NCBI GenBank assembly: GCA_004764695.1
Contig: SMSO01000006.1
Location: 1,255,859 to 1,319,858 of the forward strand
DNA from: Schizochytrium sp. TIO01
Lineage: Eukaryota > Protista > Bigyra: Labyrinthulomycetes
DNA: 64,000 nucleotides
Direction: 5' to 3'
This document shows positions 60,951 to 64,000 of the stretch, piece by piece. A model generated the notes under the pieces. It did not search any database. It saw nothing but the letters and a program-made list of their open reading frames with translations, and was not told the origin of the DNA. The position numbers and the translations under genes were made by a program. Within the stretch, counting starts at the first letter, position 1, and each line of letters opens with the position of its first letter.

Positions 60951-63021
60951 CTCGCCGGATTTTCAGTTTGATTTTCGTTTCATGTATATTCTCTTTTTTT
61001 CTTTTTTATTGTAAATAAATAATTAAAAAGACTTTATTTATTCTAGAGAGAATTTGAATGAAAGCTGTATTCATAAATGAAGATTCTATTAATTTTTAAA
61101 AATTAATAAATAAAATATTTAATTCATGATACTTCTTATCTATGCCCTTATTTCAATTGACTACTTTACAATTAACTATTTTGAGCTAAGAAATTAATTT
61201 TTTTGTCCAAGTCTTTATTTATTTGAAGAAAAAAAAATTAGAAAAAAAATTGAAAGTAGAGTAGAGAAGTTTATTAAGAAGAACCAACTAAAAGGTATTC
61301 TTTTCCCTGTCGAAAAAACTCCAAGAGTGGGTCTTTCCCCAAGTTAAAGAATCGATTAATAGTACTAGGTAATAAATAATCCCTCTAGTACTTAGTGGCA
61401 CCTCGACAAGCCTTATTCCTATCGGATCTTCGTTGACATATATTCTGCTCGAAACAACTTTTCTGAAACAATGTATATATAGAGATAGGAAATCACCAGG
61501 GTATAAAATCATATAATGTGACCAAGCCTGGGCTACACTCTCTCAAGCGAGTCATTCATTAGTGATGCTTCACAGTATGAGCAACGCTCATTGCAAAGGC
61601 GTTTGTTGCCTTGAATATGCAAGGCCATTATGAATTAAGCGATGATACTTCAAAGCACTGGGTTTTCGTGAAATTTTACTCAAATTATGACTAGATTAAG
61701 GAATATTCTAAAACTCCACTAGACATTTTAAAAGTAGTCTGTCCTATGGAGCCTAATAACTACACCGAATAAACCATCACGAATATAAACATAATAAGAC
61801 CATGCCAAGGGAGATAACGTCTGTAACGTTCATAGCGTCCGTAGCATTTGCAACTAGCACTTTACTATATATAAGCCCGACTTGTCAAATCTGGCATTAG
61901 GGTTTTTAACTTATCAAATACCTTTTTGGTTGTAGAGACGTCTACTCTCATGTTAATTTTAGTCTTTAAAGGATAAATATTTCTAAACTTTTAGTTGATG
62001 AAATCTCCCCTCATTAATTCGAAACAGCTTGTCGAATTAGTTTATTCCTTGCCATAACTACTCACAATTTCATATACGAATTCGTTGTACATTGCAAGGT
62101 ATGCAAAGTTGAATCTTTTCATCGTGGGCATGTGAACGCATGGCAGCGAACAAGAATAGTCTTGTTGCTGTGTATTTCCAAAAGATATGTCTGTACTCTT
62201 GTGACTTCGAATCAGAGTATTCATTTACTCTTCTACTTTACACCAGTAATCAGGAATGGGTTCGCGGAATAAACAAAGCAACGAAACGCACAAGGCTTCA
62301 TTCAATGGTTGTGGCATAAAGTGGAAATTTCAACTGCTAACGCCTTATTGTTGATTCATGTGAAAAGCATCTCCTCCATGGTTCTCATTTACCGCTGTGA
62401 GACCAAACTTCGAGAATTCCAGCTTCGTTATCCCTCCAGCTTCTCTACACAATTAGTCAGAAACCGTTTGACATACCAAATTAAATCGCCTCAGACGCCC
62501 CGAGTCATGATTTGTGAGTGACCCATCCACGCATGTATCATGACCTCCTCTCTGTGACTAAGAAACCCCCTTCTCGCAGGCCCTTTCAAGTTGCCTCTTA
62601 TTTATAGGGACAGGTCGGGTCAGTCATTCGTCCTGCAGATTGCCGTTCCAGAGGCCATCAGAAGCATCTGAGAACAGAACACCTTACTCAGTTTGCCTCT
62701 TAGTACTCATTAACAGGTGCCAAGGCATTCATAAACGCTTATACCACGAGATTGCTTTTTACTCGGGACTGCAAGAACTTTTTTCACATTGAAAGGTTGG
62801 GCCGGTGGGCAGAGTCTGTGTCATGAGAGGAAGAGCCGTGCTGTCTCAGGCGTCCTCAGTTCCCTGGTTAGCTTTTGCAGATGGTAGCAGTATAAGTAGT
62901 CAGTAGTCTTTCGATTCATTGCCTGCGGGTTTAGCTGTTTCGACTGCTTTGGTCCTTTACTTGTTCATTTACGTATTACTATATTTTAATAGAAACATGA
63001 GTATGAATCATTTTTTATTTT

Positions 63022-63108
63022 AATAAAATAGAATAAAATAGAATAAAATAGAATAAAATAGAATAAAATAGAATAAAATAGAATAAAATAGAATAAAATA
63101 GAATAAAA
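63022..63108. repeat. (GAATAAAATA)n decamer repeat
   Basis: Direct reading, about 8 units. Confidence 0.95.
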
Positions 63109-63590
63109 CTATTTATACATTTTTTGAGGTACTGTGCTGAGGAAGCTCTGGCGTTTGATGAACTGCTCGCTTCCTGGCACTTCCTTGAGGAGCTCATGCC
63201 GAGGGTTGAAACCCTTTCTAAACATCGAGGTATATATATAATCATTCATGCGGACACATAGAGTCCGTTATCTGGGCCAGCTTGCTACTGACACCGGCGC
63301 AGGCAAACTTTGAAGGTTCAGGTGCGACATTTTAGCGCAAGGTATCCATCCCGCGGTTCCTTTTGTTTGTTTTGACTCTTTTTCGTTGATTAATCTTTTC
63401 AATTATACTAAAAACCCATTCCTTCTGCAGATCAATACCTTAGTAATCAGCAGATGAAGCCTATAATAGTATATATATATTATTAAAAAAAGAAAAGAAA
63501 TAAATGCACATTGTTAATGATTTTTAATGAAACATAAATACAAAGCTGAAATTAGCCATTCGTTCTTCGCATCGATTTAGAGGCCTCGGA

Positions 63591-64000
63591 TTATACAATT
63601 AAGCCAATTAAACCATCTCTTTCTTTGATTAAATCGATGATAGCGTCGCCTTCGTGTTTGTCTTCGTCTTCGTTGCGGAGGCCTTTTGCCACCTCTGCGC
63701 TGGTTCTCTGCTCTGGTTCGGAAAAGTAAGAGTTCGCAGCTTTTGGATTCACAGCATCGATGCATGAAAGAATGAATGGATGAATGAATGGATGAATGGA
63801 TGGATCGATGGGTGTGTGGTCAGTATCAGGGTTCCCCATGAATAAAAGCGACGCCAAATTAGAGAGGGTCGATCTCCAGGTTCTCTTCTTGGGCGACGAC
63901 GGGATACCCGAGCGTTGCATCCGATTGGCACAAGAAGAACCCAGAGAGGGACAGTGCCGCGGCTGAAGTCGATGTCCACGATTGGTTGATCGGTTGGAGT
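63591..64000 (-). pseudogene. 3' part of a gene or gene relic running out of the window
   Basis: Protein-like segments (PIVDIDFSRG; SDATLGYPVVAQEENLEIDPL; AANSYFSEPEQRTSAEVAKGLRNEDEDKHEGDAIIDLIKERDG) lie in different frames, interrupted by an ATCC/ATTC microsatellite. Confidence 0.3.

Overview
Eukaryotic nuclear DNA, intron-poor and microsatellite-rich. It is most like a thraustochytrid/labyrinthulomycete stramenopile (Aurantiochytrium/Schizochytrium-type), which is an inference from gene style and codon usage. Well-supported genes: a 5'-truncated BIRC6-type E2 with a C-terminal CUE-like domain, mitochondrial-type 2-isopropylmalate synthase, a large Q/H/P-rich protein, COQ3, a divergent importin-alpha-like ARM protein, a 3-exon PDX2, an EAG/CNBD-type K+ channel and two hypothetical proteins. 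A Tubby-like gene carries three lesions. Between the ARM gene and PDX2 lies a ~6 kb accessory island. It holds a PD-(D/E)xK nuclease-kinase fusion (Crinkler/Spok-like architecture, one frameshift), ~180-bp tandem monomers abutting its start codon, and a divergent A-rich helical ORF with a possible HEPN-like motif. The long ORF-poor tracts (4.8-14.3, 20.6-26, 46-64 kb) contain decayed coding relics, including an APE-endonuclease remnant. They also hold a 14-bp C/EBP-like site array upstream of the leucine gene and polarised T-tract-to-A-tract islands that by eye recur about every 3.3 kb. No rRNA, tRNA or CRISPR array was recognised.
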